DNA of 64,000 nucleotides from Hypanus sabinus (GCF_030144855.1 NC_082707.1:164362001-164426000); one strand, 5' to 3'. Shown: positions 50,976 through 64,000, numbered from the stretch's first letter. Program-made: numbers and translations. The notes: generated by a model not told the origin, from the sequence alone.

Positions 50976-53279
50976 ATGGCACAGTAAGTTCCAGAGAACA
51001 GAAGTGTAATCATTTCAAACTGCATGTAATGTACATTTCATATGTTCTGCAAAAAATATTAATATATCTATTAATATTCCCTGTGAATTATGAAAGGCTT
51101 CTAATAAATGGAGGTAGCAGCCTGCAAAATATATATCTCTTTTGAAATCTCATTACATTTGTGGGAATTACATAAGAGAAGTAATGAGAATTCAAAATTA
51201 GTCATTGATTTAAACAGTTTAACACTGATAATAGTGGGTTAAAAAGCGTTGTGCACAATTCCAGAGAAAAATAGACCATCAGAAAAAAGGAGGTGGGGTG
51301 GGGGATCAAGGAATATACTGGGAACTTATTCAATTCATGCAGTAGAGGCAGAGGTAGATGAGTCTGCAACCACATGTGGCTTACACTGGCATTACCTGTA
51401 ATGACTACCAAGCTCATCTGTCTACCTTCTCACTTGCAATATCTGGTTCAGAGACATCAAGTTAAAGGAGGAACTGATGATTTGGAATGAAGGACTTACA
51501 CAAAGAAATACCTAGGCTTGTTGAGCATTTTGATAAAGGTGGTCTGGCTGGAAGTTTGTTATAAAAATGCAAATACTCGGAGAGGACCAGTAGCTAATGA
51601 ACACCCTGCAACGACTTTCAGTGATAAGTTTCCGACATGTTTCTCCATAGTTGAGGGCTTCTGCAGCATTTTGTAGCTGGTCATGCCATGTACACTTTAC
51701 CAAGGGGGCATCTGACACTCTCTGTGGAAACATTGATGAGTGATCATCTGGAGCCTTATACTCACATAGCTGGATATCAGCAGAAAGATCAGAATATTTT
51801 CTGCCTTCAAATTGGCCTCTTGGACTCTCCTGACTTCCCTCCTCTGACAAGTAAGCCAAAAGAAGGGAACACAAAAGTCGAAGAATACTTCATAAATTCT
51901 CATGTAATCTGAAAATTAAACTCACTGCAACCAAGGGACAATCATGAAGGGGACTCGAAAATAAAACCAAGAGTTTATTTTGAACTCTACCTGAAATAAT
52001 TAACAGTTCATGGTCTGTCCTGAAGCAAGATATATACTTTATTTCTGGCAAACTCAGTAGCAGAAGTTTTTAAGCTTCCAAAGACCCTCTAATTTATTGT
52101 TCTTGCTGTAATCACACAAACTTATTGTGTTGACTTTTCAAAGATTGTTTCCAGTGATAACAATACCCTTGTTGAAAGTACCTAATATGGTACTTTCAAT
52201 ACACTAAAAAAAGACAGCATAGGGATGGAGCTTATTCCTGATTTGACTGCTGTTTCATGCTGAGTCCTGAGCCAAGGAGAGCATTTTTATAGAGGCTTCT
52301 TAATTAATCCTGTTACCCATTTTGAGTCCCTTAAATCAGTAACACAAGCAATTCTGCAGATGTTGGAAATCCAGAGTAACATACACAAAATGCTGAAGGA
52401 ACCCAGCAGATCACACAGCATCTAAGGATAGCAATCCAAAACGTTGGCTGTTAATTCACCTGCTTAAATCAATGGCTTGGTGCAGCGGTAGAAAACTCCC
52501 CCTCTCACAAACTTAACTCAAAAACTGTTCCTGCAACAATTCCTGCTTTCCTGGCAGATCCACACTGCATCCATCCTTTGGAACTGAATTGAGTTATTTA
52601 CGTTTTAAAGTTAAGACACTGTCAGTGATCGTTATATTTTAAAATATTCACTGTTTAGTTGTATGCATTTAAACATTGCACTTTCTTTTGCCTTGTCTCT
52701 GAGAGATGTGGGGCTTTGAAATATCACGGAATGATAAGAGATGCCTGGCACTTTAATCAGAGATCAGTGATCCTCCTTTCCATCCTGGAACCTGGGGATT
52801 CAGATGATGTACCCATGGTAACTTTATAGCACTACATTCCTATTTAGTGCATGTCTTGGGACTGCAAATCTAAAGAGGGCAATGTTTTTCTTGTGGCTTC
52901 ATCATAAGGAACTGTCAGTGAGAATTTACAAGCTTGAAGTAATGATGTTGTTATTGCTGGTGAGCAATGTTTGCATGAGTGTTTATCTTGTTGGCTGCTG
53001 CCCTTGAAATTTATATCAATTTGAAGTTTATTTAGCAGCAGCATAAAAGTTCCAGTGTGAAATAAGGCATGTGGAAAAGCAAGCAATCACTGAGCTACCA
53101 GAAATATGAAATTTGTCTTTCATATTTAAAATACTCTTGGCTAATGAAAATCATATTTGCTTTCTCTTCATACTCACTAATGTGATTTACATTTCAATAT
53201 TGTTGTCAAAAAGCAAGAAACAAAACTGACAACCAGCTCTGTTAACCCAACACCCCTAACCTTACTCCCATTCACTGGC

Positions 53280-53630
53280 TTAGAATATTGAACTTACAAC
53301 AGAACAGGCACAAGAACACGGCCCTTCGGGCCTTAATGTTGTGCCAAACCCAATTAAGTTAGTAATCAAATGGGTAACTGAACTAATCTCTTCTGACTAC
53401 ACAATATCCTTATCTTTCTATTTTCCTCATAGTCATGTACCTGTCTATACGTATCTTAAAAGTTCTTTATCTTTCTACCTCTACCTTTACCCCAGGGAGC
53501 ACATTCCAGGTGCCCACCATTCTCTGTTTAAAGAAATTTGCCCCTCATATCTCTTTTGAAATTATCCCCTCACACCTTAAATGCTTGCCCTCTGGTATTA
53601 AACACTTCATCTCAGAGAAAGATATTGTCC
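53280..53630 (-). mobile_element. Degenerate CR1 3' end
   Basis: tagaatattgaac tail; ggcccttcggg; ccttaaatgcttgccctctgg. Confidence 0.65.
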
Positions 53631-53634
53631 GATG

Positions 53635-53795
53635 TACTGGTAACTAATCAGCATATAGGAGGGAGATTGAAAACCTGGCTGAGAGGTGCCACAACAACCT
53701 CTCACTCAATGTCAACAAGACCAAGGAGATTATTATTGGCTTCAGGAGGAGGAAACCAGAAGTTCGTGAACCAGTCCTCATTGGGAGACTGGCCC
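53635..53795 (+). mobile_element. Rex1/Babar RT fragment
   Basis: CHNNLSLNVNKTKEIIIGFRR. Confidence 0.75.
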
Positions 53796-53796
53796 A

Positions 53797-56700
53797 TTCA
53801 TCGTTGTGTATATCCCTCGAGGTCGAGGATGATGGTCTTTGTTCCATTGATCTATTTATGGGCTCTCAAGTGGCTTATGAGACCAATCTTGGCTTTGAAC
53901 GTTCTTCTGCATTCGGGACAGGTAGTTCCAGATGACAGATGGGGCTTTGGTTGTTGTTACCTCTCTTTCCATTTTCTTCTCTTTTCTTCTAATTCTGCAC
54001 ATCTGTTGGCTTTGAAAGTTGCTGTTCCTTCTCAGATGATGGTTTGCCAGAGTTTCCTGTCCTTGGCATTGGTTTCCCAATTGTTGGTGTCGATGTTACA
54101 TTTTTTCATGTTGGCTTTTGAGACGTCTTTGAATCTTCTCTGTTGTCTGCCTCTTTTATATTCTCTGGGAGTAGAAGATTTGTTTCAGCAGATGTACGTC
54201 TTTCATCCGAACAACATGACTGCTCCATCTTAGTTGGTTCTTGATGATGTAGGCTTCAATGCTCGTTGTTTTTGCTCATTTAGCCCACTGACGTTGGTTC
54301 TTCTACCTTCCCAGCTGATATTTAAGATGTTTTGAAGACAGCGTTGATGGAACTTTTCAAGTGCCTTCAGAGGTTGTCGGTATGTTGTCCAGGTTTCTGA
54401 TGCATACAGGAGCGTTGGGATCATCACTGCTTTGTACACTAACATTTTGATGTCTGTTCGGATGTCACGATCATGAAAGACTCTTGTTCAGAGTCATCCA
54501 AAAGCTGTTCCAGCACGTTCAAGATGATGTTAGATATTGTCATTAAGGTCGACATTGGAGGAAAGGTGACTTCCAAGATAGGGAAAGTGGTCCACATTTT
54601 CCAGGGTTATTTCACCAAGTTGAATTGTTGGTTCTATCTGATTTGTCTCAGTTGGTGATGGTTGGTAGATGATCTGAGTCTTCCTGGAATTGATGGTAAG
54701 TCCAAGTTTCGTGCATGTATGGTTGAAGGCAGTCAGAATCTGTTGTAGCTGGTTTTCTGAGAGAGCTGCAGCACAGTTGTCATCTGTGTATTGGAACTCG
54801 ATGAGAGAACTCGTGGGTGTCATGTTTTTGGACTTGAGACGGGCAAAATTGAAAAGTCTGCCATCTATTCTGTGACAATTTTGATTCCTGGGGGTAGGTC
54901 ATCCTTGATGATGTGGATGATTGTCGCAATGAAGGTGGTGAACAAAGTTGGGGCAATCACGCATCCCTGTTTTACTCATGATCTGACTTGAAAAGGGTCA
55001 CAGTTACTATTGCTGACCGTGACTGTGGCAAGCATGCCATCCTGGAGGAGTCTCAGGATTCAAATGTACTTTTCAGGGTATCCATTTGTGGATAGGGCAA
55101 CCCATAGGATTTCCCTTGATACCCAGTCAAAGGCTTTGGTGAGGTCAATGAATGCCACGTACAAAGGTTAAAGTTGTTCACCACATTTTTCTTATAGTGG
55201 TCGCATTGTGAAGATCACGTCGATTGCTCCATGTGATGACCTAAAACCAGGATCTTCTCGGCTAATGGTTTGAGCTGGTTGTTCATGATGCGGGTGAGGA
55301 TCTTTCCTGCTGTTGCTAACAGGGAAATTCCATGATAGTTTCCACATTCGGATCAATCGCCTTTCCTTTTGTAGATGGTAATGATTGCTGAGTCTCTAAA
55401 GTTTGCTGGTATGTCTTCATTTATCCAGATCTTGATGAGAAGTTGATGCAGTTGGTAATGAAGTGGGTTACCTCCAATTTTGTAGACCTCGGCTGGTATT
55501 CCATTGAGTCCAGCGGCCTTGTTGTTTTTCAAGGTTTTGTTGGTTTCCTTGACTTCTTCACGTGTTGGTATTTTGCTTAGGGAGTTGTCAACGAGCTGCT
55601 TTGGAACATTGTTAATCACATTCCTGTCAAATGAGACGGTCTGATTTAGAAGATCTTTAAAGTACTCCCTCCATGTAGAATTGCTGTCATCGTTGTTTTT
55701 CAGGATGGTTGAACCTTCTTTGCTTTTGAGAGGGGCTTGACCATGAGTGGATGGGCCAAAAATAGCTTTAGTTGCGTTGAAAAAGCCTCGAGTGTCATTG
55801 GTGTCTGCTAGTTGTTGGATTTCCTGAGCTTTCTTCCTCCACCATTGGTTTTTCAGGTTTCGGGTGCTCTTCTGGACTGCAGCCTTGCATTCCTGATAGT
55901 GTTTCCTTTTGGTAGCTGATTGTTGCTCATTTTGTAAGATGATGAAAGCTTTTCTCTTTTCGTCGATCAGTTGTTGGAGTAGTTTGTCATTATTATCAAA
56001 CCAATCCTGATGTTTTTTCATCCTCAACCCAATTGTTTCTTTGCAGGAGGTGATGATAGTGTTCTTCAATTGATTCCAGTGTTCTTCTACAGATGGTGGT
56101 ATTTGTTGAGACAGTTGTTCTTGAAGATTTTATTGAAACTTCTATACATTGTTCATTTCTTGAAGGATGTCAACATTGAATTTCTTAATAATGTTCTGAT
56201 TTTGGTGTTTCCTTTTGGGCCGAATCTTCATTCTCATGGTGGATGAGATGAGTCGATGGTCTGTCCAGCACTCAGAGGCACCAGTAACAGCTCTTGTTAT
56301 CAGTACATCTTGTTGGTCCCGAGATCGTACGACGATGTAGTCGATGAGGTGCCAATGTTTGGAGCATGGATGCTGTCAGGAGACTTTGTGCCTGTTTTTC
56401 TGGTGAAATAGGGTGTTTGTAATCACCAGGTTATGTTTAGCACATTTGGTGAGGAGGAGTGTTCCATGGCATTGACCTTGCCAACTTCTTCCTTGCTTAT
56501 TATTCCAGTCCAGAGCCTATGATCTTTCCCGACTCTGGCATTGAAGTGTCCCAAGAGAATGATCTTGTCGTTGTTGGGAACAGAGGAAAGGAAGTCATCA
56601 AGTTGGGTGTAGAAGTTCATCTCTAGTTCATCTTCAGTGTCCAGAGTTGGAGCATAGTTGCTGATGGTGGTGGCGTGTTGGTTCTTGATGAGCTGGATTC

Positions 56701-57355
56701 TCAGAGTCATGAGACGTTTGTTGTTTCCCAGTGGTTGCTCTGTCAGCTTCTGAAGTAGGCTGTTTCCGATGGCAAAACCTACCCCTTGGATCCTCGGTTG
56801 TTCAGGATCGAGTCCTTTTCAGAGAAAGGTGTATTGACCTTGCTCTTCCTTTAGATGCCCATCTCCAGCTCTGCAGGTCTCACTCAGAGCAACAATGTCA
56901 AAGTTGAAATTTTGGAGTTCCCGGGCAAGAAAGGCAGTTCTCCTTTCTGATCAGTCTGATCTTGGGTTATCTATCAGAGTTCGTATATCCCAGGTTCCAA
57001 ATTCATAGTTTCACTTCTCAATGTTTTTCAACCGCATGATGCTGAACCCTCTGGACACGGCTTTCCAGACAGGATGGGGTGAAGCAGACTATTTTCAGGG
57101 CACCTTTTCTAGCCCCTTCCCAGCACAGGGTGAGCAGAGTGGATCGTAAATAGGGCTGAATACTGCTGCTGAACAACTTTCCTGCATCTGTCCAAAAGTT
57201 GAGCGACAGAATCAAGTATTTGCCGCTTTTGTGCTGGTTCTTGACTAGGAGCTTCCAGCCAGCACATTGCCTGCTCCCATCCCCCGATTGCCGAAAGACT
57301 TGAAGATGTGGCCTACAGAGAGAAGTTGCCTGTGTGTTTCGTTCTTGCCTCTCGT
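53797..57355 (-). mobile_element. Near full-length degenerate RTE-clade LINE (ORF remnant ~57006-53852)
   Basis: APE motifs (DIVALSET, YAPTL, GHFNARVG, WHLIDY, TDHRL); RT (VKQGCVIAPT, QYTDD); C-terminal CPECRRTF..LISHLRAH zinc finger. Confidence 0.92.
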
Positions 57356-57404
57356 TCTAGCACCATAGAATCTCTCCCTCTCTCCCTCTCTCCTCCCCCC
57401 CCCC

Positions 57405-58090
57405 CCAAGGGGCTCTGGTGGATTCCAGCGCAGCGGGCAACTTTCTCGACCAGACTCGGTGTGCAGCTTGGACTCCCCATCAAGCTTATCTCACAACCTT
57501 TCCCCATCACGGCCATTGATGTACATCCATTGGTGTCAGAGCGCATGCAAGGCCTCTATACGTGCACTTCAGAGAGCACTGTGTCCATCCATTTCCTCCT
57601 TGTGGACTCACCCAGCACTCCTTTCACTTTGTGTTACCCCTGGCACTCCGCTCGCGACCCTCACTTGCCATTCAGTTCACTGCCGATTTGGGAACCCACC
57701 AGCCAGACCACCTGTCTGCAACCTCGTGCCCTAAGCCAGAGGAAACCTTTGGACTCACCAAACTCCCACAGGCACGCCACAACCTTGCCATCGCCTTGGT
57801 AGAGGGACGCCGGAGCCCTGCTGCCTCACAGACCACGTGTCTGCGCATTCAGTCTCTACTGGGGCGCCACGCTCCTCGAAGTTGTCTGTTCTCCCTCTCC
57901 CCATGTTATGGAGGACTACCTCTCTGAAGCTCTACAGCGCAGCTTCATTCAACCATCGCAGTTCCCCAGCTGGCGTAGGATTCTTTTTTGTCTCTATCTC
58001 TGCATCGACTACTGTGGACTCAACAAGATAACCATTAAGAGCTGTTACCCTCATCCCTTGATAGCTAGCTCATTTGAAACTCTCTGGTGG
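57405..58090 (+). mobile_element. Sushi-type Gypsy protease-RT fragment
   Basis: RALVDSSAAGNFLD, MEDYLSEAL, CIDYCGLNKITIK. Confidence 0.8.
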
Positions 58091-58522
58091 CTTCTTTATA
58101 ATCCTCAAGGGCTTTGTTTCATTCTAACTTCCTAATGTCCTTTACATACTTTTCTTTTTTCTTGACTAAATTAGTCACACTCTCAACATCCAAGGTTCTC
58201 TTACTTGCCATCCTTGTCCTTCCGACCAGAACATACCTGTCCTGTACTCTGTGCAGTTGGTCTTTAAGCCCCTTCCACATATCAGTTGTGGACTTGCTCA
58301 AAAACAGCTGTTCCCAATGATCTTTCCCTAGTTCCTGTCTAATGCTGTCGTAATTTACCCTGCTCCAATTTCCTATTGTTCTGTAAGGTCTATACTTATC
58401 TATAGCTCTCTCAAAGCTTACTGTTGTGGTCACCGCTCCCTAACTGCTCACACGTCGGAAGGTCAGTTCGTTACCCCACAACAGATGTAGTACAGTCCCT
58501 GCTCTTCTTCGACTATCTACAT

Positions 58523-60837
58523 TATATATGTCAAACTCAAGGCCTGCAGGCCAAATCCGGCCCGCGGTGGAATTATCTTTGGCCCGCGAGATAATATCTA
58601 ATTACTATTAAAGCTGGCCCCAGTAATCGAAGCGCCTATGGCGTATGATATGGCTAATGCTGAGTTTATTCAGGTACCAGGTTTTCAGGGTTTTTAGTGT
58701 TTATTTGGTTTCCCTGGTTTATTTCCTGAATATCATTAATGAATAATTTTTTTCTCTATTAGAGCTGGCCCGCCGGTATAGTGCATGCACCACTAGTACT
58801 ACAAATCCCACAATGCACTGCCAGTGCATTGCTCGCTCTTGCCTTACTCTCTCATCAGCATCCTTATGGCGCTAGTCACGTGTGGTCAACTTTCAGCTAT
58901 CCCTCACCCCAAAAATGGCTGAACGAAAGGTGGACTTTGAAAACGGGTTTTCAAGGCAGGTGGGAGGCAGAGTACACGTTCGCAGATATAAAGGGCAAAC
59001 CTGTTTGTCTTGTGTGCGGAGACGGTGTGGCTGTAATTAAAGAATATAATGTAAGACGACACTATGAAACGAAACACCACGACAAATACAAGCATCTGGA
59101 CAAGAAACAGAAGCCCGCGATGTGCGGTCAAAAGAGTGGATTGGTGGGCAGGATCCGGGAGAAGATGCGGGAGGAAAACGGCGCAGGTGAGCTGACAGCT
59201 TATCACTGCATCATACACCAGGAATCGTTGTGTGGCAAAGCCTTGAAAATGGAACATATAATGAGCACCATAACACGAGCAGTTAACTTCATAAGAGCCA
59301 AAGGTTTAAATCATCGCGAGTTCAAGTCGTTTCTGGAGGAGTTGGGTTCAGAATATAATGATTTGCCCTATCACACAGAGGTGCGATGGTGAAGCCAAGG
59401 AAAAGTGCTGTAAAGACGTTTCGAGTTGCGTGAGGAGATCTGTCAGTTCGTGGAAAGCAAAGGGAAAGACACAACAGAGCTCCGGGATAAAAAGTTGCTT
59501 TGTGAAATGGCGTTTCTGTGTGACATCACGAGCCATCTCAATGCGCCCAACCTGCAGCTTCAGGGGCAGGGTCGTGTGATCACAGACGTGTATGCTGCAG
59601 TGAGGGCTTTTAAAACCAAGCTGCGCCTGTGGGAGACGCAGATGCGGCAAGAAAACTTGAGCTATTTTCCGTGTTGCCAAACTATGAAAGAGCAGGTTTC
59701 TACCACAGTGTTCCCACGTGCAAAGTTTGCTGAAAAACTTAGCATACGTGGTGCCGACTTCACACGGCGATTTGCCGACTTTGAAGCCCAAAAAAGCAGG
59801 TTTGAACTGCTCGGTAATCCATTTGCAGCTGACGTGGAAAGCACACCAACCAACATACAAATGGAGCTGATTGAACTCCAATGTAGTGACACACTCAAGG
59901 TAAAGTATGACTCGGTGGGCGCTGCACAGTTTCTACGTTTCATTCCCGACACAATGCCCCAGCTGCGTACCCAAGCTGCTCAAATGCTCTCTATGTTTGG
60001 CAGCACATATCTGTGTGATCAACTGTTCTCTTTGATGAAGATAAACAAAACATCACACAGGAGTCGTCTTTCTGATGAACATCTTCACTCAATTCTGAGG
60101 ATTTCCTCAGCTCAGAGCCTGACTCCAAACATTGACGAACTTGCATCCAAGATGAGATGCCAAGTATCTGGCTTAGACTAGTGTGAATCACAGAGTGTTG
60201 GGCTGTGGAAAAATGTTTTCATTAGAAATTACTCCGGAAAAGCTGCAGATAAAGCCATAAGAAATAAATGCAACTGATTTTTTATTTATTTAATGTTCAA
60301 TGTTGTTTTTGTAGGCAATAACCTAAGCTTTGTTAGTTCCAGGTTAATATGTGTAATAAATTCATTTCAATAAGTTTTGCAATAAACGCTGAACCAGTCC
60401 GGCCCTCGACTTGTACCGATTTTTAAATTTTGGCCCACTGTGTATTTGAGTTTGACACCCCTGCATTAGGTCTACATTTGTGTTTGCTAATGCTTGATTT
60501 CACAAGGTTTATTAATGGAAAAGGTATGGCTCCCAAAACAATCTTAGCCAAAATAGCAACGTTTCTTTCTTGTTGCCTACTTTCTTGTAATCTACGTCTG
60601 TAAGTTAATACCAATCATAAAAAGAATGCTTGCTAGGCAATCTGCTTCATAAAAAATGAAATTCGTAAAGTGAAACAATTTTAGATATAGCAGAGACTGA
60701 GACACAGGAGAGCAGGTTGAAAAAATGAAGGCAACGAAAGCCGTGGGAGCACGCGCGCGTGCACAACTGATCCGGCCCGCATGAAGTCGCATTTTTCTCA
60801 ATCCGGCCCGTGACCTAAAATGAGTTTGACACCCCTG
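58523..60837 (+). mobile_element. Composite hAT DNA transposon (SPIN/Charlie-like)
   Basis: 8-bp TSD ATCTACAT (58515-58522, 60838-60845); TIR tgagtttgacacccctg at 60447-60463 and 60821-60837; left tgtcaaactca; GGCCCG subterminal repeats. Confidence 0.9.
58915..60181 (+). pseudogene. hAT transposase (GTF2IRD2/SPIN-like), internally deleted, with a frameshift and stops
   Basis: Zn finger [12 protein letters not shown] fused directly to PAMCG; HCIIHQ; TEVRW*; FGSTYLCDQLFS. Confidence 0.9.
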
Positions 60838-61164
60838 ATCTACATATTGATTTAAGAAACCCTCCTGGAGGCACATATCAAATTCTGGTAAAGCAATGCC
60901 TTGTTTATAAATGAAAGTCCTGGCAGAAGCCCCTAGCCTCTCTTGATTTTATATTACTTTATTTAAGGTGAACTGGGTCTTCCAGCTGCATTAAGCCAAC
61001 CCTGGTGTTCCCTTTAGGGTGAGAGCAAGGACACATACTCAGTTGTCCTGTTGACATTCTTAATGTTGTATTTGTCCACCCTGCATATCAGCTTGTCACC
61101 TGTTTATTTAGTTCTCACTGGGAAAGGATATTAGTTCCTTGTGGCATTTTAGCTTTGTGTGTCC

Positions 61165-62072
61165 ATCATCATCACTATGTGCCATGTCATATGACGTTGG
61201 TGATCATGGTCCATGATCATGATTGTTCTTGGCAAATTTTTCTACAGAAGAAGTTTGTCATTGCCTTCTTCTGGGAAGTGTCTTTACAAGATGGGTGACA
61301 CCAACCATTATCAATACTCTTCAGAGTATTCTTCTGCCCAGTGTCAGTGGTCACATAACCAGGACTTGTGATGTGCACCAGCTGTTCAGATGACCATCCA
61401 CAACCTGCTTCCATAGGGGGTGGGGAGGGCTAAGCAGGTGTTACATCTTGCCCAAGGGTGACCTGTAGGCCAGTGGAGGGAAGGAGCACCTTACACCTCC
61501 TTTATTAGAGACTTGGAGTACTGTGCTCAGTTCTGGTTGCCTCACTACAGGAAGGATGTGGAAGCCATGGAAAGGGTGCAGAGGACATTTACAAGGATGT
61601 TTCTGGATTGGGGAGCATGCCTTATGAGAATAGGTTGAGTGAACTCGGCTGTTTCTCCTTGGAGCGACGGAGGAGGAGAGCTGACCTGATAGAGGTGTAT
61701 AAGAGGATGAGAGGCGTTGATTGTGTGGACATTCAGAGGCTTTTTTCCAGGGCTGAAATGGTTGCCACAAGAGGACACAGGTTTAAGGTGCTGAGGTGTT
61801 GGTACAAAGGAGATGTCAGGGGTAAGTTTTTTATTCAGAGAGGTGAGTGTGTGGTATGGGCTGCTGGCAATGGAGGTGGGGGCAGATATGAGAGGGTCTT
61901 CTAAGAGACTTTTGGATAGGTACATGGAGCTTAGAAAAATAGAGGGCTATAGGTAAGCCTAGTCATTTCTAAGGTAGGGACATGTTTGGCACAACTTTGT
62001 GGGATGAAGGACCAGTATTGTGCTGTATGTTTTCTATGTTTCTATAGACACGTATCTCCACCATGCCACCAA
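61165..62072 (-). mobile_element. SINE with (gat)n tail, interrupted by CR1 61513-62045
   Basis: catcatcatc tail; tagagac|...|acgtatctccacc continuity across the CR1 insert. Confidence 0.55.
61513..62045 (+). mobile_element. CR1 3' part
   Basis: LEYCAQFWLPHYRKD, MPYENRLSELG; tttctatg tail. Confidence 0.92.
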
Positions 62073-63114
62073 TTATGTGACTAACCCTTTGAAATGACCA
62101 CTTTCAAGGGTTCCATAGTCATTTCTAGCAGTCATGGCTTCAGCACAATCCAAGAATCACATTTCATTTTTAACAGATCTCCAAAAGTCATCTCCCCTAA
62201 CGTGAAGCAGAAGTAAGAGCATTTCACTGTGGTATCATGGTTTATGTAACTTAAATAAATGAAACCAAGATGTGTGACACATCAGCAAAACAGAGGAGGA
62301 GTTACATGTGAGAAACTGGCATCACCTTGCTAGCACATTTAGCAAATTATTTAGTAGTTCACCAATGAAGACGCTTATTAAATTTTGCGTATTTCATTGG
62401 TGTGAGAACTATTTAGGCTTGAACCATCTGAGTAGGTGAGTCTGGTCATCCAGACATCAATTTCTTGCATCTTTTACATCAGAAATGTCAAGAATTATCA
62501 CCACCTTGGCATACATAGTTGTGGAATTTCCTTTCTGAGACTAAACATAAAGAATACTGTCGGACTTCACCGATATTATGACTATTTAAGTGTTGCTGAT
62601 GCAGTTATTATGAATAAAGAGGAAGACCAGTGCATTTGGCAATGCTGCTATCCATCAATGCAAACATAATCTTTTAGTCTGAAATTGCCTGTACCTTTCA
62701 TCTTTCTTTATAAAGATCAATAGGATATTGAGGTGCTGAAGATGACACCACTATAAAACAGCAATAAAAATATCCTACCATCACTTGTGCAGAGAAATAT
62801 TTTGTCATTTGGTTTTCATAGAAGGTACCTAAAATTAAATTGTAGGTTATTTTACTGTGTGTAGCCATAGTGACTTCTTCTAACTAGGTCAGTTTTCTTG
62901 ATAGCAGCATATAAGAAGAAAAAGTAGCATTTTAGCACCTCAATATCTCTTTCCATATCTAACCTTAAATGTTATTCATTCAGAGCAACTTATCCATTGC
63001 CAGGCTCTCTGAGATTTGATTTTCAAATGGCCATTAGTTGCTTGCCTCAATTGAAAACCTGGTACATTTATTTTATCATAGTTGACTTTCCTTCAAATGA
63101 TCTTTCTGCCAATC

Positions 63115-64000
63115 TTTAGAAACATAGAAATATATAAAACCTACAGCACAGTACAGGCCCATCGGCCCACAAACTTGTGCCGAACATGTCCCTACCTTAG
63201 GGATCACTAGGCTTACCCATAGCCTTCTATTTTTCTAAGCTCCATGTACCTATCCAAAAGTCTCTTAAAGGACCCTATCGTATCTGCCTCCATCACGGGT
63301 GCCAGCAGCCCATTTCACGCACTCACACTCTCTGCATAAAAAACTTACTCCTGACATCTCCTCTGTACCTACTCCCAAGCACATTAAACCTGTGTCCTCT
63401 TGTGGCAGCCATTTCAGCCCTGGAAAAAAGCCTCTGAATGTCCACACGATCAATGGCTCTCATCATCTTATACACCTGTATCAGGTCAGCTCTCCTCCTC
63501 CGTCGCTCCAAGGAGAAACGGCCAAGTTCACTCAAGCTATTCTCATAAGGCATGCTCCCCAATCCAGACAACATCCTTGTAAATCTCCTCTGCTCCCTTT
63601 CCATGGCTTCCACATCCTTCCTGTAGTGAGGCAACCAGAACTGAGCACAGTACTCCAAATGGGGTCTGACCAGGGTCCTATATAGCTGCAACATTACCTC
63701 TTGGCTCCTAAATTCAATTCTACAATTGATGAAGGCCAATACACCTTATGCCTTTTTAACCACAGAGTCAACCTGTGCAGCTGCTTTGGTTGTCCTATGG
63801 ACTTGGACCCCAAGATCCCTCTGATCCTCCACACTGCCAAAAGTCTTACCATTAGTACTATATTCTGCCATCATATTTGACCAACCAAAATGAACCACCT
63901 CACACTATATGGGTTGAACTCCATCTGCCACTTCTCAGCCCAGTTTTGCATCCTATCAATATCCTGCTGTAACCTCTGACAGCCCTTCACACTACCCACA
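63115..64000 (-). mobile_element. CR1 3' part running off the window end
   Basis: LVRPHLEYCAQFWLPHYRKD; tagaaaca tail. Confidence 0.92.

Larger units (their letters stand above)
58100..60890 (-). mobile_element. CR1 endonuclease fragment split by the hAT insertion (58100-58522 and 60838-60890)
   Basis: CLQEGFLNQYVD at 60840-60876 continues into RRAGTVLHL..NWSRVNYDSIRQEL. Confidence 0.75.

Noticed and set aside
53538-54233. 231-aa plus-strand ORF
   Set aside because: Chance read-through across CR1, Rex1 and antisense RTE fragments.
58781-60181. Host GTF2IRD2/EPM2AIP1-like gene
   Set aside because: TIRs, TSD, stops and an internal deletion show a transposon copy.
1-64000. CRISPR arrays, rRNA/tRNA genes or prokaryotic systems
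   Set aside because: No regularly spaced repeats or structural RNA genes seen; the sequence is vertebrate-like repeat-rich DNA.

Overview
Eukaryotic, AT-rich, repeat-dense genomic DNA. The repeat mix (CR1 with TAGAAACA/TAGAACCA-type tails, Rex1/Babar, V-SINE, Penelope-derived ends) suggests a cartilaginous fish (inference). I found no intact host gene. The window is a nested set of mostly decayed transposons: many CR1 and Rex1/Babar LINE pieces, a near full-length RTE LINE, a Tc1-type MITE, a composite hAT (SPIN/Charlie-like) element, a rearranged Sushi-type chromovirus and a young Ty3/Gypsy LTR element. The main finding is the young LTR element at 9353-13382 (minus strand, about 97% identical LTRs by eye, CATG target-site duplication, tRNA-Pro-like PBS, PPT). 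It carries a PNMA-like gag, an in-phase G_GGA_AAC -1 frameshift heptamer, and an open protease-RT frame. Where RNase H/integrase should be, it has an intronless, internally deleted piece of a sarcomeric myosin heavy chain rod most like MYH16, i.e. apparent host-mRNA capture by a mobilised non-autonomous retrotransposon. Other structural oddities: a twin-priming-type 5' inversion in a Rex1 LINE, an internal inversion of the Sushi element that retains its TSD, a double-ended hAT, and a degenerate Penelope-type hammerhead motif. Family names come from recalled motifs, not database searches; edges of old repeats are approximate.
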